Shown here piece after piece: positions 46,094 to 53,393 of a stretch of DNA of 53,393 nucleotides (position 1 is the stretch's first letter; each line of letters begins with the position of its first letter). A model generated the notes under the pieces. That model was not told the DNA's origin and did not search any database. It saw nothing but the letters and a program-made list of their open reading frames with translations. Source of the DNA: a virus (taxonomy: Duplodnaviria > Caudoviricetes); the IMG/VR virus record IMGVR_UViG_3300031997_000012, positions 1-53,393 of that record, one strand, 5' to 3'. The position numbers and the translations under genes are program-made.

Positions 46094-46783
46094 CTATGGC
46101 AAAACAAAATATTCTAATCTAACAATTGCTTTCATCGGCAACTGAGTATGTGAAATTCCTGGTTGTTTTCTTTTAACCATAGTATCTCTTATAACATTTG
46201 GAATATCTATTACAATCCAAGATGGATGCATAAAATAATCTACTGAATACTGATCACCCGTCATTGGTTCGTACCCCGTTGGAATCCAATTTAAAAGTCC
46301 TAACTTATAGTCAAAAGTAAAATCAATTCCCTCTGTATACACTTTAGGAACCGTCCTAACAAGGGATATTTCTACTGGATTAAATCTAAATTTATCAGAT
46401 TTCCCATAATCTCCCTTTTTAATTATTTCTGAATATCTTATGGTGCTGTGGTCGTGAACAAGTCTATCCCAAAATCCAAGTCTATTTTCTGGAAATGTAG
46501 TAAAATAAGTAGTACCTGATAATAGTTCTCCAAATTTTTCACTGTACTGAAATCTTTCTAGTTCGCTAAAACCAACCATAATGCCCTGAATATCTCTTGA
46601 ATCGTACCAGATCTTTCCCTTTCCTAAACAGGCAGGGCAGTTAAAATCTGGCTGACCATTTTTATCTAAAGTTACGCAACTACAAATTGTAGCTTTAGTC
46701 CACACCATCCAATAACCATAATTTTTAATGGCTCTAGTAAATTCTATTGTTTGAAAATCTGTTCTTTGCCGTTCAAAACTCAT
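46094..46783 (-). CDS. Head-closure (stopper) protein
   Basis: G....W..A..CSC......P...CPAC.GKG..W pattern of SPO1/Twort-type neck proteins. Confidence 0.7.
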   Translation of the reverse strand: MSFERQRTDFQTIEFTRAIKNYGYWMVWTKATICSCVTLDKNGQPDFNCPACLGKGKIWYDSRDIQGIMVGFSELERFQYSEKFGELLSGTTYFTTFPENRLGFWDRLVHDHSTIRYSEIIKKGDYGKSDKFRFNPVEISLVRTVPKVYTEGIDFTFDYKLGLLNWIPTGYEPMTGDQYSVDYFMHPSWIVIDIPNVIRDTMVKRKQPGISHTQLPMKAIVRLEYFVLP

Positions 46784-46790
46784 AAATCTC

Positions 46791-47225
46791 CTATGCCTGT
46801 ACTAAATTCCCAAACTTTAAAAAATATTTCCATTTAGCTGCAATAGATAATGGATGTTCTAACTCATAATCCCAAATGACTAAACACTCTACTCCATATT
46901 TTTTGAAATGTGCTATAACTGTTTCTTCATCATCAATAACATGTCGTTTTCTACTAAGTAACTTTATTACTTTCTTAGGTTGATCTACACTTTGTAAACT
47001 ATAAGAATAAAGATTTGAACCAATATTCGATTCCAATTCTATTTGATTTTTTAAATTAGTAATATTAGCTTCTATGCTATCGGTAATATTAATCTCAGAA
47101 AGTTCCTGCTTAAAATATCCCCAGTAATCTTTTGGAATAGGAATCTTTAAGCCAAACACATCAAAATATACAAAATCTCCCAATTCATAACATTTAATAA
47201 TTTCACCAGAATAAATATACTTCAC
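46791..47225 (-). CDS. Degenerate Vsr/DUF559-like domain protein
   Basis: KKVIKL...IAHFKKYGVECLVIWDYEL resembles the C-terminus of 47811-48830, but the PD/E catalytic residues are not evident. The frame stays open upstream to a GAGGTG-preceded CTG near 47303. Confidence 0.5.
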   Translation of the reverse strand: MKYIYSGEIIKCYELGDFVYFDVFGLKIPIPKDYWGYFKQELSEINITDSIEANITNLKNQIELESNIGSNLYSYSLQSVDQPKKVIKLLSRKRHVIDDEETVIAHFKKYGVECLVIWDYELEHPLSIAAKWKYFLKFGNLVQA

Positions 47226-47335
47226 ATCTTTATAATCTAATTTTTTATCTGGAGTCTTGTTTTTAACTAGTTCTAATTTTGATTTACGTTTTACAAGTTT
47301 CAGAATAACACCTCGCTCGCACTTTTTTGATTCTC

Positions 47336-47827
47336 CTAAGCCCTAGCTGAAATAAAGTCACTAGGCGGAATCAACCAACTAGCTTCTACTTTCTGGGCAA
47401 TCCCGTCAGCCATGTCATTAAAGTGACACTGACTTGCATCATCTCCAAAATGAACTTCATCATCGTTAGCATTGTAATAAAAAGATTCTAATACCAAAAA
47501 CTGACCAAATTCCTCAGAAAGTCTTTGCGATAAAATCGAAACTGCATCCGGAGAAGCATCAACTGAAAAACTAATCGTCTGTTCTCCGTCTGTAGTAAAA
47601 TCTATAAAAAAGAAATCTCCAGAAATCCAATTATCTGTTTCTTTAAAATCATGTAGTTCATACCCAAAATAGTTAAGAAACTCAGCAATTTCAGTAATTG
47701 GAACTTTTTGTGAAAAGTCTGGATTATCACGTGCATACTGACGAACTGAATTCTTCTCAGGTGATTTCATTTTTTCTGATTTCTTTTGTTCTGTTACGCG
47801 CTCTTGTTCTTCAAGTTTCTTTTTCAT
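47336..47827 (-). CDS. Acidic hypothetical protein
   Basis: AAGGAG RBS; overlaps the end of the endonuclease gene. Confidence 0.65.
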   Translation of the reverse strand: MKKKLEEQERVTEQKKSEKMKSPEKNSVRQYARDNPDFSQKVPITEIAEFLNYFGYELHDFKETDNWISGDFFFIDFTTDGEQTISFSVDASPDAVSILSQRLSEEFGQFLVLESFYYNANDDEVHFGDDASQCHFNDMADGIAQKVEASWLIPPSDFISARA

Positions 47828-48830
47828 TATTCAGCTCCTTCTCAATTTCAGATTTTACTTCATCTATATTAAATAAAATGCCTTCGGATTCCAGAAAACT
47901 CTGAATTTTGAATCTGACTGCTTCCATATCTTTCAATTCTGATTCCCAGATAATTAATGTTTTATAACCATATTTAGCAAAATGATCTGTTCTTTGTTTC
48001 TCTTCCTGTTCTTTGGTTCGACCTGTTAATTTCTGACCATGAAAATAATTCCCAAACATCTCAATTATTAGTTTTTTAGATTTACAAATCCAGTCTGGAG
48101 ATCTACCACCTACAAATGTTTTATTATCACCAACTACAAACTTAAAGATATCAAGAAAGCTCTTCTGAATATCATTATCTATCAATATCTCAGTTTTATT
48201 TGGTACCATTGCATTGGCTTCAAAGATGTGTCGTACATGAGTTTCAGAAAGTTCCTTATTCTTATTCCAAGCTGGTTTTGCATTCTTTTTTCTTGTTTCC
48301 CTGAATTTTTCCCACTTTTTATAATGCCATTCTTTTGATTTTTCAGAAATAGTTTTACTAAATCTTTCACTTTTAGCTGCATGCCATTCTTCTGGTCTAC
48401 TTTTCACTGTTTCACTATATTTCTGTTTAGATTTTTCCGTATGATGTTTATTGTAAAAGTTATTGTTTTCTCCCTTTCTATTTTCTCCCAATCTATCGCG
48501 GACTTCTTTAGTATATTTATGTTCTACAATCTTCCCATCTATTATTTCTATCTCTTTTACTCTCTTAAGTTTTCTACATTTTTCTGCATTACGTTTAACT
48601 CTGTCATCTATATCTTTAGTCAGATTACTGTTCCAGGATTTATCACCTTTTTTAAACCAGCTTTTAACTGTATTCAGATTTTCAAATCTTTTTCTTTTCC
48701 ACTCAACAGACTGTCTCTTATTTTTGTTAGCATGACCATTAATGTACTTGCCAAGACAGTATCCACCACACTCACAACCACATGTATTAATTTTTTTAGA
48801 AACTCGTTTAATATTTTTAGCACGTTTCAT
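47811..48830 (-). CDS. Free-standing homing endonuclease (NUMOD3-like repeats + Vsr/DUF559-like domain)
   Basis: CGCECG...YINGH; GENNNFYNKHHTEKSK; PAWNKN; PNKTE...SPDW...IIEMFGNYFHG...GYKTLIIWESEL. Confidence 0.85.
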   Translation of the reverse strand: MKRAKNIKRVSKKINTCGCECGGYCLGKYINGHANKNKRQSVEWKRKRFENLNTVKSWFKKGDKSWNSNLTKDIDDRVKRNAEKCRKLKRVKEIEIIDGKIVEHKYTKEVRDRLGENRKGENNNFYNKHHTEKSKQKYSETVKSRPEEWHAAKSERFSKTISEKSKEWHYKKWEKFRETRKKNAKPAWNKNKELSETHVRHIFEANAMVPNKTEILIDNDIQKSFLDIFKFVVGDNKTFVGGRSPDWICKSKKLIIEMFGNYFHGQKLTGRTKEQEEKQRTDHFAKYGYKTLIIWESELKDMEAVRFKIQSFLESEGILFNIDEVKSEIEKELNNEKET

Positions 48831-48866
48831 GAAACCTCATCCCTACATCTATATTAAATAATAAAC

Positions 48867-50429
48867 CTAACAAACGGCCATTCTAAAAGATTTATAATAA
48901 GCAACTAATCTGGGAATTTCGAGCTTTAGTTCTTTTTCATATTGACGCAGACGAGCAGAATAACCAGCATTCTCCGGCGAATTGTGGACTATTCCTGTAA
49001 TAGTTTTAAATCGTTGCTCTGGTTGATTTAATAAATCATATAGCTGTCCCTTAAAATAAAAATCATCAATACAACTAATAGATTTAAATTTTCCATTTCC
49101 TTGATCTATTTTGTCAAAAATAGAAATAGTTTCAGAACGTTTCCATCCATTATTAGTTAGTATCAAATGATTTGGCGTAATCATTAATGGAGTTTCAATA
49201 TTATCAACAAATATCTTTTTCAGATTACCGTCCCACAAAATAGTGGGGCTTCCTACTTCAGAAATTTTTCTATACTCATTGTTAGCTAAAACCAAAACAT
49301 CTGGATGTAAGCATGAAGTTGTGTTCACACTCTGGCTAAGGCCATCTATTCCAATACTTTTTGACGCTATGGCTATTCCACCTACAAGATCTCCAGCCAA
49401 ATTTAAAGGATAAAAACACGCCAGCTTTCCAACTATACCAACTACATCATTAGGACATAAACCTGTTCCAAATCCAGCAGTATAGTCTATCCTCCAAAGG
49501 TCAGGCATAAAATCCATTCCTCTCCAGACAAAATTTAAATAGTCACCACCAGTTCCAATCATTATTTGACTCAACGAACCAGTAGTCGGTATTAAATGTA
49601 TCTGACCTCTTGTTTTTCTAAGCTGCGCCCACTCTATTGGAAAAGATATCTCAGCCTGTGCAGTAGGATATTTTAGTGCAATTCTTTCTACAGAAATCAC
49701 TGGCCAATTATTTAACTGAATATACGCAAAATCTATATAATCATTTCTAAAATAATCATGACGTTCATCTAAGACTGTTGTTGGTTTTAACTTTACTTGA
49801 ATTACTTTTTCTAAATTATCCACTGCCGCTCTTATTGCAAATTCAAACATAGACATAGGAAATGGATATCCGTCATCATCAGTTAAATCTAATCCAAACA
49901 TAAACCATCGTTTAAGATTATCTACCGTCAAAACAGCATCGTAGATACATACAGTATATAATGTATGAGTTCCTACATACCCTGTCTGAGAATTAAAATA
50001 TCTATAAGAATAATAATCTAAAGATGTTCCTGTTTGATCTATTACATAGGTATATGCACTATCTGGTCTTAATAAATTAGTAGATAAATCTACATGCGTA
50101 GTTATGTCAGCACTAGTTCCTATGTATACTTTAACCATATCAAAAGGAGTACTAAGAATAATTACTCCCGAAAGATGATCCAATAAAGTAGGAGTAACCA
50201 AATCTAATGCATGATATATTGTATCAACATGCGTTACTTGCACTATTTCAGCATTATCAGATTCAAATGCTTCCAATACTAAGAAATCTCCTGCAGAAAT
50301 TCCTGTAGGATTTCTAACATATATTCTACTGCTATCTTTCGGAATTAAAGTATCTTTTGCTATTTTAGTAACTAATCTAGACTTTTCCATATAAGTAATA
50401 TCAGGAAACGGTATATTAATAGTTCTCAA
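48867..50429 (-). CDS. Head-tail adaptor (neck) protein with mini-intein
   Basis: FG.DLTD..G; .DY....Y......L...P..SVE; Y.AGF; G.L..G..IASKS..IDG.S....TT, the SPO1/Twort-type adaptor pattern, with an N-terminal extension. Confidence 0.8.
   Translation of the reverse strand: MRTINIPFPDITYMEKSRLVTKIAKDTLIPKDSSRIYVRNPTGISAGDFLVLEAFESDNAEIVQVTHVDTIYHALDLVTPTLLDHLSGVIILSTPFDMVKVYIGTSADITTHVDLSTNLLRPDSAYTYVIDQTGTSLDYYSYRYFNSQTGYVGTHTLYTVCIYDAVLTVDNLKRWFMFGLDLTDDDGYPFPMSMFEFAIRAAVDNLEKVIQVKLKPTTVLDERHDYFRNDYIDFAYIQLNNWPVISVERIALKYPTAQAEISFPIEWAQLRKTRGQIHLIPTTGSLSQIMIGTGGDYLNFVWRGMDFMPDLWRIDYTAGFGTGLCPNDVVGIVGKLACFYPLNLAGDLVGGIAIASKSIGIDGLSQSVNTTSCLHPDVLVLANNEYRKISEVGSPTILWDGNLKKIFVDNIETPLMITPNHLILTNNGWKRSETISIFDKIDQGNGKFKSISCIDDFYFKGQLYDLLNQPEQRFKTITGIVHNSPENAGYSARLRQYEKELKLEIPRLVAYYKSFRMAVC
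48981..49313 (-). mobile_element. Mini-intein, 111 aa, no endonuclease
   Basis: C1 CLHPDVLV; block B ITPNHLI; block F LYDL; block G GIVHN followed by Ser(+1). Removal restores SVNTTS-SPENAGYSAR. Confidence 0.88.
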
Positions 50430-50439
50430 ATTTTCCTCC

Positions 50440-50802
50440 TTAGTGAGTTACAGAAGCACTTACATATACAATTCCATCTAAAATTCTTTTGATAGTCCCA
50501 TCGGTATGTTCCAATTCTATATCATAAACATACTGACTTTTATCATCCTCTATAGTTTCTCCTGCCGAAATTGCATCTGTCTCTGCTGCTGATAGTTGTA
50601 TACTCATTTTACCTAAAGTTGCACTTGTAATTAAAAATGTAAAATTTGCATCTACAACAGGATGATGATGTGTTTTTCTAATCTGTCCTCTCGGAGTCCA
50701 TTCTGTCAAATCAAATGGTGAATTATCCACGTTGGTCATTGTTACCCGTATATCAAGAGAACTGCCCTGATCAATTTTTATATCATATCGTCCTGCAGAC
50801 AT
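50440..50802 (-). CDS. Ig-like / BppU-N-like virion protein
   Basis: I.IDQG...FDLT.......IRK...G...I.LSA.ET...YVYDIE......RILDG.V.V...VT. Confidence 0.7.
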   Translation of the reverse strand: MSAGRYDIKIDQGSSLDIRVTMTNVDNSPFDLTEWTPRGQIRKTHHHPVVDANFTFLITSATLGKMSIQLSAAETDAISAGETIEDDKSQYVYDIELEHTDGTIKRILDGIVYVSASVTH

Positions 50803-50805
50803 AAA

Positions 50806-51090
50806 TCACCCTTCCCTTTCTACCTTATCGCAAAATCCTGATCCGCTACAAAGACTACATTCCTTCCAACCTTGTCTTAAATTTGCTGAACATTTACACT
50901 TTTCAAAGATACCCTCTATTAATCCTTGTTGAAAAAACTTTTTAGTAGCATCAAAAATGTAATTCATTAACTGTTCCTTTATGTATTTATACTGATCAGA
51001 ATCTCTGCCTCCAAATTTGAATTCCATAAGCCTCAAAATACTTTTCATAATACCCAACTGCATTTCAAAAATCATTTTAGTAATCTTCAA
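50806..51090 (-). CDS. Hypothetical protein with C-terminal Cys cluster
   Basis: CKC...ECSLCSGSGFC. Confidence 0.65.
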   Translation of the reverse strand: MKITKMIFEMQLGIMKSILRLMEFKFGGRDSDQYKYIKEQLMNYIFDATKKFFQQGLIEGIFEKCKCSANLRQGWKECSLCSGSGFCDKVEREG

Positions 51091-51091
51091 T

Positions 51092-51427
51092 CTACTCCTC
51101 CTTTCTCAAATCCTCATTCAAAAAACCTATTGGTTTCTTCAATTCTATTAAAATAGCCATATCTTTCATATCAAAAATAGATAACATAGTTAATTTATTA
51201 TATCTAGTACAATGTTCAACGGGATCTGAAGAATTTAATATTTGATAAGTTTCAAAACATTTTGCAACTACTTTTCCAAATTTAGTACATATTGCAATTA
51301 AATTTCTACAGTCACTACATAAACCACATTCACTAAATGAAGTGCGTTTCTCCATTCTAATTTCAAGCTCATCTGCCTTTGCCTCAATAATTTTTAATAG
51401 TTTAGATTCCTCAGTTTCAATGTTCAA
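51092..51427 (-). CDS. Cys-containing hypothetical protein
   Basis: GLCSDC...C...C; track ORF. Confidence 0.6.
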   Translation of the reverse strand: MNIETEESKLLKIIEAKADELEIRMEKRTSFSECGLCSDCRNLIAICTKFGKVVAKCFETYQILNSSDPVEHCTRYNKLTMLSIFDMKDMAILIELKKPIGFLNEDLRKEE

Positions 51428-51442
51428 ATTACATCTTCCCTT

Positions 51443-51604
51443 CTATGATGGTGGTTGACTTTTGAGATTTAAAAATCTTGTAATTAAGCTAAAAACATAC
51501 ACTACTTTAACAATAAGTCCACCTAGCACTTCACCGAGTCTACCAAACCCCTTTACCAGAATAGCACTATCCACTCCAAATCCCTTAACCAGAACAGAAG
51601 ACAC
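51443..51604 (-). CDS. Microprotein (53 aa) with duplicated LVKGFG
   Basis: Not in track. GTG overlaps the upstream TAG; MSSVLVKGFGVDSAILVKGFGRLGEVLGGLIVKVVYVFSLITRFLNLKSQPPS. Confidence 0.55.
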   Translation of the reverse strand: MSSVLVKGFGVDSAILVKGFGRLGEVLGGLIVKVVYVFSLITRFLNLKSQPPS

Positions 51605-52089
51605 TAAATTATCCTTTCTCTCTTAAAGATACTCGTCATAGAAGGATTACCTACAGAATCTTTAACATTAAATTCCATCAAAACTGTCGATCCATTTGTA
51701 TCGTAATAAATCCATTTATTTCCTACTAATTCCCAGTTGCCTTCCTCTATCTTTTTTAGTATTTCCATATATTGGAGTAAAGTTGCCTGAGAAACTTCAA
51801 TATCATTTAAAATAAATATAGTAGCACCTGCAAATAAATAGTTTATACTATCATATCCATAAGCCTGATATTCTCCATCTGCCCAAACTGTTCTGTTCTC
51901 ACTAATCATATAAACTGATGGAGCCTGAATAATTTCTATAGTAGGAATATCAAATAATACAGGAACTGCTCTAAATATGCCATCGATATTATCTAACAAA
52001 AATCCAGTAGCTAACTGAATTATTCTGCCATATAATCCTGTTTCTCCTGTTTTATTATATGGTAAATAAATGGTTTTAAAATTTGCCAT
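51604..52089 (-). CDS. Probable virion structural protein
   Basis: C-terminal KIEEGNWEL......YDT.G.T.L..FN.KD..G.PS....F.R; AAGGAG RBS. Confidence 0.6.
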   Translation of the reverse strand: MANFKTIYLPYNKTGETGLYGRIIQLATGFLLDNIDGIFRAVPVLFDIPTIEIIQAPSVYMISENRTVWADGEYQAYGYDSINYLFAGATIFILNDIEVSQATLLQYMEILKKIEEGNWELVGNKWIYYDTNGSTVLMEFNVKDSVGNPSMTSIFKRERII

Positions 52090-52096
52090 AGTCTCC

Positions 52097-53393
52097 TTAG
52101 TTATTACTCATCATAAAACTCATAACAAGTACTGGTATTTCACTTAAATTATATCTTGAAATCCACCCGCTTGCCACAGATGTATGCTGATGAACACTAA
52201 TAAAAAATAATTTTTCATCCTCATAAACTACGCCATAATGCCCCACTAAATGAGAATCTTTATTAGCCATATCCATAAACTCCCATCCTTCATCAATATC
52301 AAAGTTAACATCATGCTTTGCTACAATACTATTCATATAAGGATCGGGTAAGGATAAATTAAAATCAGGAGCCAAATATACACAGGAAACTCCATCATAA
52401 GCTATACCGGCATAGCCTCCAAAAGACCCAAGAGTACTTATATCTATAAATTGCCAAGATGCCGGATTTGTAAAATCACTTAAAGTATTATAACGAGCAA
52501 CTAAATTAGATCCAGTTCCATTATAATTCTGAACAAAGTATATATAGTTACCTCCCTTGACACAACCACAAAAACCAGCATATTCTAAATTAATACTACG
52601 TAGATTAATTACATCCCAAGAAAGTTCAGAATCAAACGAAAGGGTGGTATCATACCTTACTACATTACCATGATATATAAACGGAGAGTTGGAATTTGGA
52701 GCATAATAAATATACCTACTGCCATCATAGCAACCTAACTGATAACCTTTTAAATTATTACTTATTATGGGAGGAGAATGATGAACTATTGAAGTAAGAT
52801 CAAAAAACTGCCAAGAACGAACATCTGTAAATGGATAAATAGAAGTCGTATCATATCTTGCTGTTTTTCCATGCTGTAACTCTTCAGCTACAACTGCAAC
52901 ACCATAGGGAACAAAATAAACATATCTTCCGTCATAAACATTTCCTATAAACCCTTTCCAATCTGATCTTCCAGGAAAAGTAGATATATCTACAACCTCC
53001 CAACTTGAAGCAGAAGTAAAAGCAGTTGTTGTATTATATCTCGCCACATTACCACTAACTGTATTTGTACTTTTATTGCTCCATAAAGGGGCATAATAAA
53101 TATAATCTCCTGCTGCTACCGATCCATGAAAGCCTTTAGCATAAAGAGGATTAATATTACCATCAAAAAATTCCCATGAACTAGGATCATCTATTGAACC
53201 GCTAATTCTATACCTTACAAAATTACCGTGAACGCTAGAATAATCCGCATTATAACAAGGAGCCAGATATAAGTAATCATCTTTAGCACATCCAAAAGCA
53301 TAACCCACTAATCCACTGCCCCCACTGTAGTATGTATGATAAGAATCCATAAAGGTAGTAAGATCATGCCAGTCAACCCAAGCCCAAGAAGGT
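52097..53393 (-). CDS. Beta-propeller-like repeat protein, 5' end outside the window
   Basis: About 7 repeats of F.G..YDG.YVYF.P....G...RY.T...F....SW...D; the frame is open upstream of ATG 53350 to the window edge (PSWAWVDWHDLTTF). Confidence 0.75.
   Translation of the reverse strand, partial: PSWAWVDWHDLTTFMDSYHTYYSGGSGLVGYAFGCAKDDYLYLAPCYNADYSSVHGNFVRYRISGSIDDPSSWEFFDGNINPLYAKGFHGSVAAGDYIYYAPLWSNKSTNTVSGNVARYNTTTAFTSASSWEVVDISTFPGRSDWKGFIGNVYDGRYVYFVPYGVAVVAEELQHGKTARYDTTSIYPFTDVRSWQFFDLTSIVHHSPPIISNNLKGYQLGCYDGSRYIYYAPNSNSPFIYHGNVVRYDTTLSFDSELSWDVINLRSINLEYAGFCGCVKGGNYIYFVQNYNGTGSNLVARYNTLSDFTNPASWQFIDISTLGSFGGYAGIAYDGVSCVYLAPDFNLSLPDPYMNSIVAKHDVNFDIDEGWEFMDMANKDSHLVGHYGVVYEDEKLFFISVHQHTSVASGWISRYNLSEIPVLVMSFMMSNN

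Larger units (their letters stand above)
1..53393 (-). mobile_element. Segment of a large myovirus-type phage genome (Herelleviridae-like tail module)
   Basis: Single-strand, densely packed genes; contractile sheath, tube, tape measure and baseplate J/gp25-like genes; phage primase/helicase block; many short hypothetical ORFs; no host housekeeping operons. Confidence 0.95.

Noticed and set aside
48182-48382. 66-aa minus-strand ORF
   Set aside because: Nested out of frame within the endonuclease gene, with no independent support.
317-48857. All plus-strand ORFs in the track
   Set aside because: Nearly all are antisense shadows of well-supported minus-strand genes; none shows a recognisable motif or a convincing RBS.

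Overview
A 53-kb, AT-rich (about 30% GC by eye) segment of a large contractile-tailed dsDNA phage, with every credible gene on the minus strand. Reading right to left in transcription order: (i) neck, tail and baseplate genes (53.4-27 kb) whose sheath, tube, adaptor and chaperone resemble the SPO1/Twort (Herelleviridae-like) set; (ii) a spanin-like pair and a replication block (intein-bearing UvsW-like helicase, DnaC-like loader, SF4 helicase, primase; 26.8-19.4 kb); (iii) a consensus sigma-70 promoter at 19.25 kb, a ~600-nt structured leader and a ~19-kb accessory operon. That operon holds many Cys-rich microproteins, a Ycf46-like AAA+/DUF1257/DUF2997/DUF3150-like module, three different ligases, a damaged tRNA-Tyr, a 4-PAS hybrid histidine kinase, integron attC-like sites, a radical SAM enzyme and a truncated sigma-factor-like gene. 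Capsid, portal, terminase and DNA polymerase genes are not in the window. The best novelty candidates are: a C-terminal RF(G/K)RxL tag shared across the AAA+ module, including an unannotated 29-aa peptide made mostly of the tag; attC cassettes with antisense ORFs and no integrase; a repeated RNA motif behind a boxA-like site in the early leader; and a 111-aa mini-intein in a virion neck protein. All family assignments come from motif recognition by eye, with no database searches.
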